NCBI GenBank assembly: GCA_051530055.1
Contig: CM121341.1
Coordinates: forward strand, 17,741,784-17,774,783
Origin: Neoechinorhynchus agilis
Taxonomy: Eukaryota; Animalia; Acanthocephala
Reading direction: 5' to 3'
DNA length: 33,000 bases
Part shown: positions 1-12,840 of the stretch, one piece after another
Position numbering within the stretch: position 1 is the first letter of the stretch
How the letters are laid out: the number at the start of each line of letters is the position of its first letter
Notes under the pieces: generated by a model
Told to the model about the DNA's origin: nothing
Database searches by the model: none
Seen by the model: only the letters and a program-made list of their open reading frames with translations
Made by a program: the position numbers and the translations under genes

Positions 1-1465
1 AAGCCACCTGCGTCAGATGCGGTTGCAAAGTTGCAAATTCTAGCATTATCAACCTTGAGTCACAATGAAAGACAGCCTCAAATAAATATCCTTGATCTTT
101 GACAACAATGTGAGTGTTCATATAGAAGGCAATGTCACGTATGGTACGTTTCACCTACATGCTAAGGAAACTATTCTCCAGACCTTTTGAACGATGTTAC
201 ACTAAATTGTAAGTAAATGGTGGTGATTTTGAAAATGTCGATAGCACTTTACAAGCTAATCGTTAACTCCCGATATATTAAAGCTTTATTTCGTGTAACA
301 CTTACCACTATACTCACGAACATCCAGTTCTGATTGTGTTAGATGTTTCAATCGCATTCAGACAAGTAGTACTTAATAAAGTGATTGTGGCCTTTCGTAG
401 ATAAATGATGTTCCTTGTAGTTGATAAAAATCTTTTGAGTTTCCATTTGGAATTATACACGACTGTTAATGCTTACTACGAAAATGAACGCTGTTTTTAG
501 CTAGAAACCTTTTCACACGGTAATTTTTGCTCTTTGGAAATCTACAGAACGTCCTTTTGCGTCTCACAGTGAACTTAATGTCAACAGCGGCAGTATGCCG
601 TCGAACGTGGCTCAAGAGAAAACAGCGGAATGTTTCCATTACCTCTACACGACTCGAGTTGTGGAGTGCTACAGGAAACGCTACCTTTTAAAAAAAGTAG
701 TTTCCTACCATATAACAATTGAGCCAGTTGGTTCGGATTTATTGAATTAGTGATTCCAAACAATTAAGTCAAATGTGCAATATTCGTCTATTTGTCGAGG
801 AGTTGAGAGAAAGGTTATGGGTAAAGAACCTGCAGCTTTTTGGCTCGAAGGATTCGGAAAGCCCCATTGTGTTGTTTTTGCGTTTATAACATTTAAGAAA
901 TACCTTTCCGGCAAATGCATATTGAGGAGCCTCAATGCAATTTGATTTCCATGTCTATAAAGTAAGAACCAAATGTTTTCCTTTTGATTAAGGTAAAACA
1001 TTTGGGGATGATAATTTTTACTGAATTAAATTTTCTCTATCGCTTCAATCTCATTTGCAGATCCTTGGTTATAAAGGACAGATTATTATGTTAATTGCAT
1101 TTGAATAAAAATATTCCGACTTCAAGAATGCTCAAAAATATTTTGAAAAACCAGCCTGAGCAATCCAGAATCATGAATCAAAAATGCTTACTTTAACTAT
1201 ACTTTTCATCATCACGAGGAAATTTGAATAACAGATAACCGTGAACAATGAAATTCTATTACATAAAATGGCAGGAATAATGGAAAATTTTCATATTAAT
1301 CTCAAATCGCGCACTACAGTTGATGCATGCAAAAGATTAAGTTTTTGAATTATGTACAAAAGTTCTCAGTATAAATTGGATGGAAGCAGTTAATCGCTTT
1401 GTTTTATGTTTCCAACATTTTGCAAACTTTGACATCGCGACGCGTACATATAAAACACTTGTGAG

Positions 1466-2379
1466 TTGTCTAAGGCGCGACGAGTCACTTATTTTGCTCT
1501 TCAAATTTTTACAATTACATTTACTGTGAGTTTTCTTGTAGATTTTCACACGGGCCAAATGAAAAGCGGTGGAAAGAAGAGAACAACGGTCGTTCAAGGG
1601 TCCACCCGAAAGTTCCTGATATCCCAAGCATCCGAATCAGAAGACGCAGCGAATTCAATACCGGAATCTAGGCCGATACCGCTTTCGCGGTTAAATGACG
1701 CACCAGAATATAGAGAACGGCACACATTAGCTCAGTGACTCTCAAATAGCTTCCTTCTTCCCCTGAGAACCACATTGAGAATCCAAGGCGTGTGGTCGAC
1801 GGTTGGTAAGAATTTAAACCGGAAAGGATTTTTAGTACAAGGGAGAGATAGTGGACAAAAGTCGTCCAAGACAATGCAGACCGTCACTCAGCGAACCCGT
1901 AGGCGTAAGGTTTACAGTATTGACTGTTCTGCGAACGAAATGAGACTCGTCTTCACTGAGCCGCTTGAAGAGTGCGACCAAAAACAAACAGATATTGCGG
2001 ATTTGATAGACATGGAACATAGTGACAACGAGGCAGGGGAGGCAGTAGCGAGGCTTAGGAAGTGCTTGTGAGTTTCAGAACCGATTGAACTTGCAGTCAC
2101 TTGTTTACGCCAATGCTATGGGGTGATATAACCTCGTCGGCGGATCCCAGCGAATCTATTGTCAGCAAGAAGGATCGAGTCCAAGCAACAGTGAGAGCGC
2201 TGCAATTCGCGAAAAATCAGCATAAACGCCGGTATAAAGAGATAAAGAAAGTACGACAAAAGCGAGGATTAGCTGTCATTATGGTCCTGTTCCTTCTATT
2301 TGCTATTATGAGCGTAGCAGTCTTGTGGAATGCAATTATGGCTCATGCTGGATATAAACTAGAATGTAAGTTGAAGTAA
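1466..2379 (+). CDS. Probable spliced gene, unknown protein with C-terminal transmembrane segment
   Basis: Three consecutive ORFs (1466-1738, 1775-2071, 2101-2379). A 29-nt GT-AG intron at 2068-2096 (gtgagt...ttgcag) joins the last two in frame (KC-F-HLFTPMLW). A basic stretch precedes the hydrophobic GLAVIMVLFLLFAIMSVAVLWNAI. The 5' exon structure is unresolved and no family is recognised. Confidence 0.45.
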
Positions 2380-4029
2380 AATTGATTTTATGCAATCAAT
2401 GATGCACGAAATATGGAATAAATCCGGGATTTACATGGCTGCACCCATTTATTCGTATTGCTTATATCCTCTCAAAAACATTACATATCAAGTGCGCTTT
2501 CGCAGAATTGTATAATCCAATACTTTCAGTTGAAAGAACAAGAATAATAGAGTATATATTTCCCCAGAAAACTATCTTTATGGAAACAGTGTTGTAGGGT
2601 TAGTTTACATGTCAAATCAAGTAATGAATTAGATTTTAGGTTAAAAGGTCAAAGTATGCTTTAGTTGAGCGAAACGAGCGAATATAGACTAGACTCCTCA
2701 AAATGCGAAGCTCTACACTATTAAAAAACAAGAGGCATTAACATTTAAGAGTAGCATTTTTGTTTACATTCTTTATCGGTGTATATTTTGTTCCCGAGTG
2801 TTTGGTCCCTTATATTTTTACATGGGTAACTATTTTAAATTTTTTCAACTGACGCAGATGATTATCGTTCCCATAAATGACCATTGTCACTGTTATTGCG
2901 ATTTGACATCTATTTTTTAAAAAGATTCTTGTGTTGTTTCCGTTTCCTGAGGTCGCCCCAGAACATAGGGTTCCTTTCATCGATGAATTCATTAAACACA
3001 CAAATTCTTTACCGTTTACTTGGGCTGCAAGGCTGAAGTGGTTCTGTCTGCTGAGGATCCAACGAGCGGCTTCGTGATAAAACTTCATTAGGTAAAACCC
3101 CTTTTACTCATGTACAAAATAACGGAAATTACAGGGACTTTGTTGGTTGATAATCAACCATTGTGCCACGTTCTAGAACCTTCATTGATATGGTCGATGC
3201 TGAATAAATCATTCAAACAAATCAAAATCAACCAAAAAATCGTATTTAACAAAAGGTTTTCAAATTGATATTTTGTATCATTTTTCATATGCAGTGTCTT
3301 GTGAACAGGAATTTCATTTGGTCAATTTTGATGAATTACAACATGAATGTAACCTTCCTTTGTAATGAATCACCGTTTTTATGAAGAGGTCTTGAACATT
3401 AGTAAGCATTCTCATTGTATAACTTATGCCATGATTTATATACTTCCTCAGTTTGCTGACATTTTTCATTCAAATTAACGAAACGCCTGCCGATCGAGGC
3501 ATGTATTTTCCTACTTTTGAGGCTTGTATTCACCCAAGAAGTTTATGCACATCAAAGTTCGGTTGTGGCGCCTACAGGAAAAAGATAAATATATTGAGAT
3601 TTGTCTTTGGTAGAGGCACTCATACAACATAGGGAAGGATTTTATTGACTTTTCTGGTAACGTACTCATCTGTCGCTTACCAAAAATGCCCGAAGTTCCT
3701 GATATCATAATGCGATTAGATGGATATCGTCTACATTCAGATATATCTATCCCGATAAGCGAATTTATTATGTGACATTTTTGTTGCATACGAATGTCTG
3801 GATTGTATTTGGGTTAGTTCGGGATTGACCGATAATAGCTCGAAAGTAAAACTGCCGATAAAAACACGGCCAAAATCTTTGATTTCATACGACATTTTCG
3901 AAATATCTAGATTTTCGTCTCGCCTCGATGCATATTTGATGTTACAATATCAAAAAACAAAAATTTAATTCTTTATTTGGTGAGGTATTCCGCCGGCCTA
4001 TGAATTGTTCATCAAACAATCGCAGGAGA

Positions 4030-4079
4030 GATCCGACTGAAGAGCCGAGGAAAATCTTGACGAAATATTTTATAATAAA
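4030..4079 (+). ncRNA. Minimal hammerhead ribozyme motif (PLE-type) followed by AATAAA
   Basis: CTGAAGA 4037-4043; stem II GCCGAG/CTTGAC with one C-A mismatch; GAAA 4062-4065; TATT; AATAAA 4074-4079. Helix I is only 2 bp. The downstream 15-mer (4083-4097) has an inverted copy upstream at 3970-3984. Confidence 0.55.
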
Positions 4080-4546
4080 TTGCTCGCCAAATAAAGATAC
4101 AATTCTCCCCTATGACAATTCTCTATGAAACACTTAATTGAATTCTAATAATCCCACTCTGGCCGAGTGCTTTGATCAGGGCTCTTAAACAAATAGAAAT
4201 GTCATTTCGAGTGCTCTCGAGAACTAATTTGGTATGTATATGGATTTATTGTGCCTTTTTGTTTGCCATGCTCCCACGACGCCTAAGAATTCCCTTGTTT
4301 AGATAAATGTTGTTTGAAGGTCGTCCGCCCTTTGCAGTCTCTGTGGGGAGCAGAAGTGGTTTTTATCTATTTAGACAAGCTCAAACATCTTTTGGTTGCG
4401 TTAGTGTTCAAACATTTCCGATTCATACGCATATTTCTTGGAACTTCTATAAATCAACTGAGCATTGACCTCGTCTCACTAAAGACCTATCCGCAAAACC
4501 GTTTTTTGTTCGTTATTCGATACTAAAGCACAGTGCTAAAACCTCG

Positions 4547-5263
4547 TTGAGCACGAAATGCGGTGTGCATCAATCATTAGCACCAATGGCACTATACACA
4601 TACAAACCTGGCAGCATCTGCACCAGCAGTATGCCTGCTATTCCACTGCATCACAGACGACGTATCTCGTCTTATTTCTCAATCTCTAGTCGCTATTCCT
4701 CTCTTTTCTCGACAACCACTAATGAAAGACAAGAATGTTCGTCCGCAATGCCCGACTTTTTGACATCCTCGTCACTTGAATCGATTAGTGAAATGTACTA
4801 ATGCAGCAAAGCTACACGAGAAACGTTTACATTTTCCGGTGCAAAAGGGCAGGACACAAAAGGCGTTTTAAATAGTTTCTACTTGCTTGCTTTAGTAGAC
4901 CGCACCCTACTTCAGATCTTCGGTTTTAAGAAAATGAATACAATAGGTAGACAATCACCTCCAACCGTACAATCTACATCATCTTCAATAAATCCAAATC
5001 ATAAATTGAGGTGTCCACCTCTTCGAAGAGCTTACGAGCCAGATGAGCTTGTATATTACAACTCAAACTATCCGGTTGCAATGTACGAAGCACAGCAGCA
5101 ACATCACCATGTCGGACGAGTTAATTTTTTCTCGAGGAGACCTAATTTCAGAAAAACGTCTTGGTATCCGAGCAAGTAAGCTTAGGTTTTTCATTCTTAA
5201 GTTCTAGACAAAAACACTTTGACAGGGATGTTAATGGACAAAGAGGATGTCAGTCTTTTCAAA
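4547..5263 (+). CDS. Possible multi-exon gene, low-complexity Ser-rich protein of unknown function
   Basis: ORFs 4547-4801 and 4883-5179 each end just after a GT donor (gtacta at 4795, gtaagt-like gtaagc at 5176). A further exon-like segment ends at gtaagt 5264. No homology recognised. Confidence 0.3.
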
Positions 5264-7337
5264 GTAAGTTCACACATTATAAACTGTCTTAATACTGATT
5301 TCTAAAAAGTAGTGCAGTCATTGACGTTAATATTGCGACCTGTATTTAATTGGGGTTAGAAGTCGCTCCGAGAAAAGCTTCGATTCTCCTCTATTTCTCA
5401 CTCTCGTGTATGATTAAAAGCACTTTAGGAGCACATGGGAATTTGCACCATTAGTTTTGTTCGCTTCATTTTTTCTGTGCACCTAGTAACGTTTTCTTTG
5501 TAATCGGTGTTAAAGTGTTTTACTACAGCTATAAAATATTAATGTATATTATTGAATTCCAACCTAACATTCAATAAAAATTCAATTTGAAATTAAACTT
5601 ATCCCCGATCGCAATTATTACCATTTTTGTCAGTGCATCCTGTGAAATAAACTATAAGTAGTATGGAAGTCCAAACTTATTTTTTCGCAAACAATTACTG
5701 ATATTCTTGGTATCGATACATCGATTTCGTTTATGTTTAAATAGGACGAAAATGTGAATTAAAAAAAGATTACTGCAATTTGAAATTCTGAATATTTTCC
5801 AAATAAGGTAAAAATGCCAATGCATGAGTATTGTGCTCAATCTGTTCTCAAAAATTAGGAACTAATTTTATCTAAGATCTAAAGAGAATTTTTTGCTACC
5901 GAGGTGGCAAACTTAAATCGAAAACGACATAGAAGAGTTAAAGACTAGATTATGTTCAAACACTCGAAATTCCCCTGCCAAAAAATAGGTTTTAACAATT
6001 GCCACTCAGAAACTCAAAGGCGGCGACTAGCTAGGAATTTCGAACTTTCAAAGTGCGTTTTTCCAATTTTATGCCTACAACTCCATTGGTTAACCGAATA
6101 TCGTGAAGCATTGCACGTGTTTCTAGAATATCCCATACTCATCTTTTCATCAATGATCGCATTCGTACTCAAGGCAGTTGCGCATAAAGATTTTGCCGCT
6201 ATGGTAGCACTCCGTTTCTTGCATTCAAAGCAAAGTGCTGCGAATAGTTCCACATTTTGTGTCCGCTTTCGACGAAGTGTGCAGCGCGGAATTAAGCCTA
6301 TTTCTAATGGAAGCAGCAGCTTGTTTTTGGAGGGCGCACGACTGATAGCGAATCTGAGTTGAGTGTTTCTCGCCTCCAATTCAACTATTTAGATCTAAAA
6401 GGAGATGATGGATCAGTAGATGTGAGCATGCCGAACAAAGTGATTGTTGTAAATGACGGTGAGTTCTCGATTGTTACATTCATAGAATTGATACTGCTTA
6501 TCTATAACCATTCCCTTGATAGATACTTGATTGCTTTTACGCCAGATTGTATGTCCTTCGTTCTGACACCGAAAACCCACACCGTTCGTCTTTCCATAAG
6601 ACACTGATGGTTCCCTCTCTCTTTTTCAGTGCTATGGAATTGTATAACCTGTTTCTCTTACTGATGTTATCTAATACTCGACCGCCGAACTTGCTTGTCA
6701 AGAGTAGACAAGTGCGCAATGTTCTGCATCCACGCTTAGTTACTTAAGCGAACTTTATTAAATTACGAACTAATTGAGTAGTTTCATAGTAAATTGGCAT
6801 ATACTCAAGATGCTAAGATTTTCGTATCGGTATCACTGATTTTTCTCCGCTTAGTATTTATCGATTACAATGCTGACCTTCACTATTTTGACAAGGCGTC
6901 ACGCAAGTCAGACATCTTTTGATATTCTGTCTTGATCTGTTCATCGGCATAGTCTACTGTTCAATAGGATTATGTAATTCGCTCAAAGCATGGATTTAAA
7001 TAGGGCTTTGATTTTTGCAGCATTGTGAATTAGAGACCAAGGTCCGTACCAACTTTCCCTTATTTCTACAACTCGTTATTACCTACTAAGAAAAATTTCA
7101 ATGGTAAAATAAAAAGTAACGTTAAGGTGACAAACTAAAATCTTTTGAAATTCTTTACAACACATTTTTTATCAATAACGAATGCTCCCGTGAGAACCTA
7201 AAAAGATTTGTATAAATCACGATTTAATTTTTATGACGAGTAAGACCGAAATTTAATTCCAATAAGTGTTTTTTCGGTAGTGATTGCTTTCATTCCTACA
7301 TTTTAAGTTTGTAAACAATTTTTTGTGCACAATAAGC

Positions 7338-7565
7338 TTAAATATATTTTGTTTGGTGATATAGAGATTGATTTATTAATTCCCTTTCACACATTATTTT
7401 GTCCATGTAGTCGGATTTCTTCAGTTTGCTTGTAGGTTGAAATTTTTTTTGAAAAACGTACAAGTAACCTGAAGACGTCCGATGAGACGAATGAAATATT
7501 ATGAAAGGGAAAAGATTAACCAATCTCTATATCACCAAACAAAATACATCTATGAACAACTTCTT
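7338..7565. mobile_element. Divergent (head-to-head) inverted pair of degenerate HHR-containing repeats
   Basis: Minus arm CTGAAGA-A-ATCC-GACTACAT-GGAC-AAAA (7424-7397) and plus arm CTGAAGA-C-GTCC-GATGAGAC-GAAT-GAAA-TATT (7469-7500). Both continue into the shared caatctctatatcaccaaacaaaata, which is why ORFs 7338-7523(-) and 7482-7691(+) both contain INQSLYHQTKYI. Confidence 0.75.
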
Positions 7566-8918
7566 TACAATAAGCCTAAATCGGATGGACGAAAAAATCA
7601 AAAGACAAAAGTAAAACATTACATGGAAAAGAATTTCTTTAGCATGCACTTTCTACAGTACATTCTAGTTCTTTCAATTACGCCACCTTAGTCATACCCT
7701 GTCTGGTAGACTTTTGATGTGAAGGTTGAATTTTTCCGCGTTCCGTACAACCCATCTATATCCAACAACTACTTGTCAACGTTAAGCACGTTAATCTTTG
7801 CCTTCAAGGAAGCACCCCATATTATTTCCACTGAGCATCTTTCCCTTAACAGACGATATTTTCGTTAATACTCAAAGCTCTAAGGGCAATCATGACGAAC
7901 CAAACGCGATACACTCCCCGCTTCTTAGGATATATAAGACATCTTTTAGTATGAACAGAAATGCCGATTCCATGAGCATCAACTAGATCTTTCTAGCGAA
8001 AATTCGCCCCTGGGTGGCGGAACAACAACCGCAAATCCATTTGGAGACCATGCATTTGGCAAAATTTTGGCACTCGTAAAGAAAAGCTCTATTGTCATTT
8101 TTTGCTTGATCTAGAAAATCTGTGATGGGTTGTCTTCATTATATAGCGCTTGCACATTTGCATACTGGAAGCGTTTATTGCTCCTTTTTTGGGCATTGGG
8201 TTTTGCCGAAGTTTTATCCTCTTCGTGACTTTTGCGGGACTAATATTGAATATTTCCGGAAAGTTCCATGTAACATTTTTGAGTTTAATTGCGTATGAAC
8301 GTTCGTGAATTTTATTAGGCGCAAATCAATATAGTCCTCGATTTGTGATAATTAATTGTGTGTAAATCCATTCTCTTAGAAATCGATTGATGCCACATCC
8401 TCTAATTCACCAAAGCAACCCATTATCCGGATAAGGAAGGAATACACTAGTTCTCCAAGTGTTTTCCCGTCACTTTCCTGGCCGATTGCAACTCGTTTCT
8501 TGAGCAGTAGGCAAAAGATAAGTTTAAGATAGACGACAAATAGGAAAACTAAATAAAAGCTCCTATCCCATTATTTAGAAATATTTGTGACACTTGTAAT
8601 AATATTGCGCAACTGTTTTCATTCTTCTTTAATTCCAAGGGGTCTTTGTTCGCAAAATATATTAAAACCCGTTTCGACTAATTTTTCTTGGACTATTTAT
8701 GCTCAGAGAAAGTGAAATTGGAATTGAAAAACCATTGCGTATCGAAAATTTCGAAAAATGAGTTTCATCAATTTCCATACATCAATTGCCAATGAGACGA
8801 AGAATGTGTCACTTTTCCGCACATCACCAACCGTTTCCTCTGTTTCCACTATACACTATTTTGCTTCGGTTCTCAATACCGATCAAACCCCACAACTGTT
8901 CGTAATAGACGAGATTCA

Positions 8919-11423
8919 ATGGAGAGACCAGTTATCCATTATTATAATACGCTCATAACCACCAATTTCGGATTCTGTTCACCGAACGCATCCAATCCGC
9001 TAATGCATTACAACTTCAATGGCAACACGGTACAAACTCCGCTCCTTTGCCTGCCACAAAATGTTTCTTCGTCGGTGGCAGCATACTCTAACATATATCT
9101 ACCACATTCACTTCTTAGTAGCGAACAAATAAAACATGTCATATCCGATAGTTGTAAGTTCAATTCTAGTCAGGACGAGAAGGACTTTGGGTTCATAGTG
9201 TGTTCTTATTTGTACTAATTATTTTTCTTTTCAGTTCAAAGGATCGGTAGCGGACGCTTTCCCTTACCAGATATGAGAAGAAAAAATCGTGCAAGGAGAC
9301 AGGATGCTTTTAAGCAAAATTCTAGTTGTTACGAGGAACAATGGAGTCAAGGTATGTTAGAATCTTGAAGTTGACGAAGGGTGAATGTTTTGCGAATAGT
9401 ATAATAGTCTCTCGAACAATTATATTGAAAATATCCAATATTTAAGATTTTAGTTCTTATCCGGTATTATTCACTCTTTCAAGTAGGTCGCAATATTTCG
9501 TCTTAGGAAATTTTTAACGGGGATTTTCCTACAAGCTCGATGAAATTTTTATTCCAATTAAACATTAAATTTGCGCAGTATCTCTAAAGCTAATAAGCAT
9601 TCTATTTATTTTGGTATTTTATATCCTAAAAATTGTCAAATTGGAGCTTAAGCCAACGACTCAAAAATCATATTTGCATAAATGCGTTATTTTTAAATCC
9701 GAAACCAAAATATGTAATTTGATTACCAAACATTTTCATGATTTTGTTAATTTTCAATACATTATTTATGCTTGTCAACGTTTGTCTGCTAAAATAACCG
9801 CTGCTATGTTGATTATCAAAAGTAACACTTAAGTAGACGTTCTTAATATGAAACTTTTTGTATGGCTGCCTTACATCATTCCAAAAACAAGAAAATTGTA
9901 CGGATATTAACATTTAATAAGGAACGAGTAGTATTCGCTTTTTTGTGTGCACCAAAAATGTATGCCTTTAAGAATGGTTTCGATTACAAGTTTGGAAGAT
10001 TTAAAGGTTGGCTATTTAAGATAATTGCAAAGTTCATCAAGCAAATCGATCTTATTTTCTGTTGCTTCTAATCTTTGTCCATTCTCTTTTAACAAAGTAA
10101 CCCGCAAGTAAAATCGATTATTTAGAACAAATTCAAACCGGATTTTCATATCCAGGAGTAAATCCGTTTATGCCGCATATGTCAATGTTCCCCCCTCAAG
10201 CCATTGCCGCAACACAATCCGAATGCCCCCAGAAAATAACGATTAAGCAAGACGAAGACATTCCTCCCCGATTTCGCCGTAAAAACCGCGAACCCGAGTC
10301 GCAGAACTGTCATGATGCTGCTTTTAACTTCACAGGAAAAAAAGCAGCGCACCAATCCACCGAAAATTTCCAATGGTCTACTAAACAGTCATCAAGGAAT
10401 CAAAGAAAGCATTATCATCAGCAGGAATCAAATCAACAGATTCCACTTTCAGCATATGTAGTTGCAAGTTCTACCAATCAGGATGATGTTTTCATTCGAA
10501 GAAGATTCGGGTTCATTTCTTAAAATCAAGCAGTGTACTACCCTTTTAAAATTTTAGGAAATCTAGAGCGTACTGTGGAAACTTCGTGTCGAATATAACT
10601 GAAAAACTTTTAAAGCTCGTATACTTAGATTTTTTTATTTAAGACAATTCGTGGACATTTTTCACCCGTGAAACCTTATCACTGATTGCCTTATGCTTTT
10701 CCCGGAAAAATCAGAAGGATCAGAAATGGCTCCTGCAAACGATGACGATGACGATGTCTACAAAGCATATCGTTTGTCATCACCAATAGACGAAGAATTT
10801 GATTTTGACTTGCAGAAGTCAAATGGAACTACTGATGATGGAAATGAATTAAATGGCTGTGGAAGCCAGTCTTGGAGTGATACGGAAATGGATGTCGAAC
10901 GGGATGCAATATCACCAGGTTCTCTATGTGAAAGTCTGGCCAGTTTTGGCAATGAAGGAAATTTGATGGACGATGAAGCTATAAAGTTAACATTAGATAA
11001 GTTGGAGAAAGAACTTGAATTTGAAGAAATATCAGATATTAATGAATGGTTTGATAAGGCCCACACGAAAAACGAGTTAAAGGTTCCTTTTACCTTTAAA
11101 TCGCTCTAAATCGCTATTTTACGAATAATAGGTATACAAAACAAAAGATTTTTTGGAATGGGCACGACTTTATTTTAATTCTCAACTCCGACGAAAGGTT
11201 GACCCGAAGGTGAATCTAATTTTTGAAGGTGAAAAGTTTATATTGTGTTTAGCTACTTGATTGGGCATCAAGAAAAGACAATTCTTCTTTGACGTCTAAA
11301 GGGAGTTCCGGAATTAGTTCTGACTACGAAGATACAGACATCTCAATAGAGGACGACTTTTCTAAAAGATTATCTCTAGAACAAGCAGAGCTGAACGGAA
11401 CTAAAAATATTACAATGGATTGA
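8919..11423 (+). CDS. Probable multi-exon gene, disordered/acidic protein of unknown function
   Basis: Intron 9153-9234 (gtaagt...tttcag) keeps frame into a KNRARRQ exon ending at a gtatgt donor. ORFs 10170-10523 and 10693-11109 follow. Phase-0 intron 11083-11252 joins a 57-codon terminal exon (LLDWASRK...ITMD*, stop 11421-11423). Whether all exons belong to one gene is not shown. Confidence 0.4.
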
Positions 11424-12250
11424 TCTCGTACTTGAGGCAATATACGCCACTTTATCGACAATAACGAATATTTATGTTTTGTTTAATTATTCTGTCCCGT
11501 TAATTTTGTTGTCTCGTTAAAATAAAAATATTACATTGTAAAATTATTTTCTGGTTGCCCGAGCGTGGAGGTCCGAGCGATAAATTGTACGAAAATCCAT
11601 AACGAGAAAGAGATATTAAAAATAAATGAATACTGTTTGGGCTAATTAGCAATAATACTCATTTATGAGCGTAATCGCAAAAATGTATGCTATTTTTCCA
11701 TTTCATAAAATATCAAAAATAATGCGATGGTGTTATATAATTGGCAGACAATAGAGGGTTTCCATTGACTAAATAAATGCGTCCACGTATCCGCAAATTC
11801 TAATTGTGCATAATAACGAACCGAAGGAAAGACCGAAGCTCTCTTGCAAATTATAAACACCAATTCCCGCCAGAACGGACCTTCCAACCCGACCGCATAT
11901 TTCTACCCGCCCGGACTCGTAATCCACTCCAAAATCAATAGCCAGTTTCATTTTCCAATCAGAACTCGAGTGTTTATGAGGATCCAAAGGTACATGGGTC
12001 CTCTTCTTTGTGAATCAACAAATAAAACGTGTTACTATTATTCTTTAGAAAAGATCAGAAATAAATCGAGTAGTCGCAGTAGCATATAAATCCGGAAATT
12101 ATTACAATAAAATTTATTTGGGATTTATCAGATTTTATTGCAATTAAATTTTTCGTCTAAAGGTTAATTATTTTTAAATTTCCATCTGATCTCAAGTAGG
12201 GATATTTAAACACTTTTAAATAATTACAATGCCTTCAATTATAGAAAATA

Positions 12251-12340
12251 CTCACCCGATGAGGTTCGCAGAACGCCTTTAATAAATAATCATTTACCGG
12301 GTGTAGACCCAAACAATAATTCCAATCACATTCCCCGGTA
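12251..12340 (+). repeat. Dispersed repeat family B with HHR-like degenerate core
   Basis: cccgatgaggttcgcagaacgcctttaataaataatcatttaccgggtgtagacccaaacaataatt...atcacattccccggta. Near-identical segments occur at 23283-23333 (-) and 23354-23404 (+). Confidence 0.75.
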
Positions 12341-12632
12341 CCTAGCATATCGACATTTTTATATTTAGCACATTTCTCGGTCATAGTTGTGATTTTCATT
12401 GTTTTATAGTATTTTACTGCGAGGACAAATTTTCGCATCGATTATCGATTTTCCGTTTCATTTTATAAATCAAATTTTGCAATTTGAAAGAAAAAAATGC
12501 GATGCTACAACTAGCAAAGATGGTTATTCAACGAATAAACGTTTACAGGATGCATGAAACGTGAACTAAGAATAGTTTACATGGGAATTATGCTTTTCAA
12601 GGAAGTCGTGGTGACGAATTCATCGACCAATG

Positions 12633-12840
12633 ATTACTGTAAGTCATTGATAGAAAATCCATCGAGTTAGTCAAAGTATAATTTGGGTGAAAATACTCTC
12701 GATAATAGCATATTTGATTTCTTGGAGATATTTCGCGAAGTAACCTCGCCTCATCAGTCATTGCTCCCCGCGAAATATCTCTAATAAATCAAATATGCTA
12801 TTATCGAGAGTATTTTCACCAAAATTATATTACTGTAAGT
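12633..12840 (-). mobile_element. 184-bp HHR-containing insertion with internal inversion, bracketed by a 12-bp direct repeat (putative TSD)
   Basis: ATTACTGTAAGT at 12633-12644 and 12829-12840. Minus-strand CTGATGA-G-GCGAG-GTTAC-TTCGC-GAAA-TATC (12757-12727). Inverted arms of about 61 bp at 12677-12737 and 12769-12829 with about 3 mismatches. Confidence 0.8.

Noticed and set aside
1-1000. Exon-like fragments (CxxC near base 9, open segment 548-750) and minus ORFs 581-763 and 747-1001
   Set aside because: Strand and frame are ambiguous at the window edge, with no supportable product.
1736-1738. Single in-frame TGA separating ORFs 1466-1738 and 1775-2071 (same frame); possible selenocysteine or readthrough
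   Set aside because: No SECIS-like fold in the downstream UTR (the ATGA at about 2399 has no matching helix/GA), no redox motif context, and nearby GT/AG sites can remove the codon by splicing.
5952-6750. Overlapping ORFs on both strands, including a CxxC...W..H pattern reminiscent of a MYND finger
   Set aside because: Cys spacing does not fit MYND, and neither the coding strand nor a consistent splice model could be established.
7700-8250. Exon-like minus-strand segments
   Set aside because: All frames are interrupted, with no recognisable homology and no coherent intron model.
11690-12089. GC-richer block with three overlapping short ORFs
   Set aside because: No protein family, snRNA or tRNA signature recognised.
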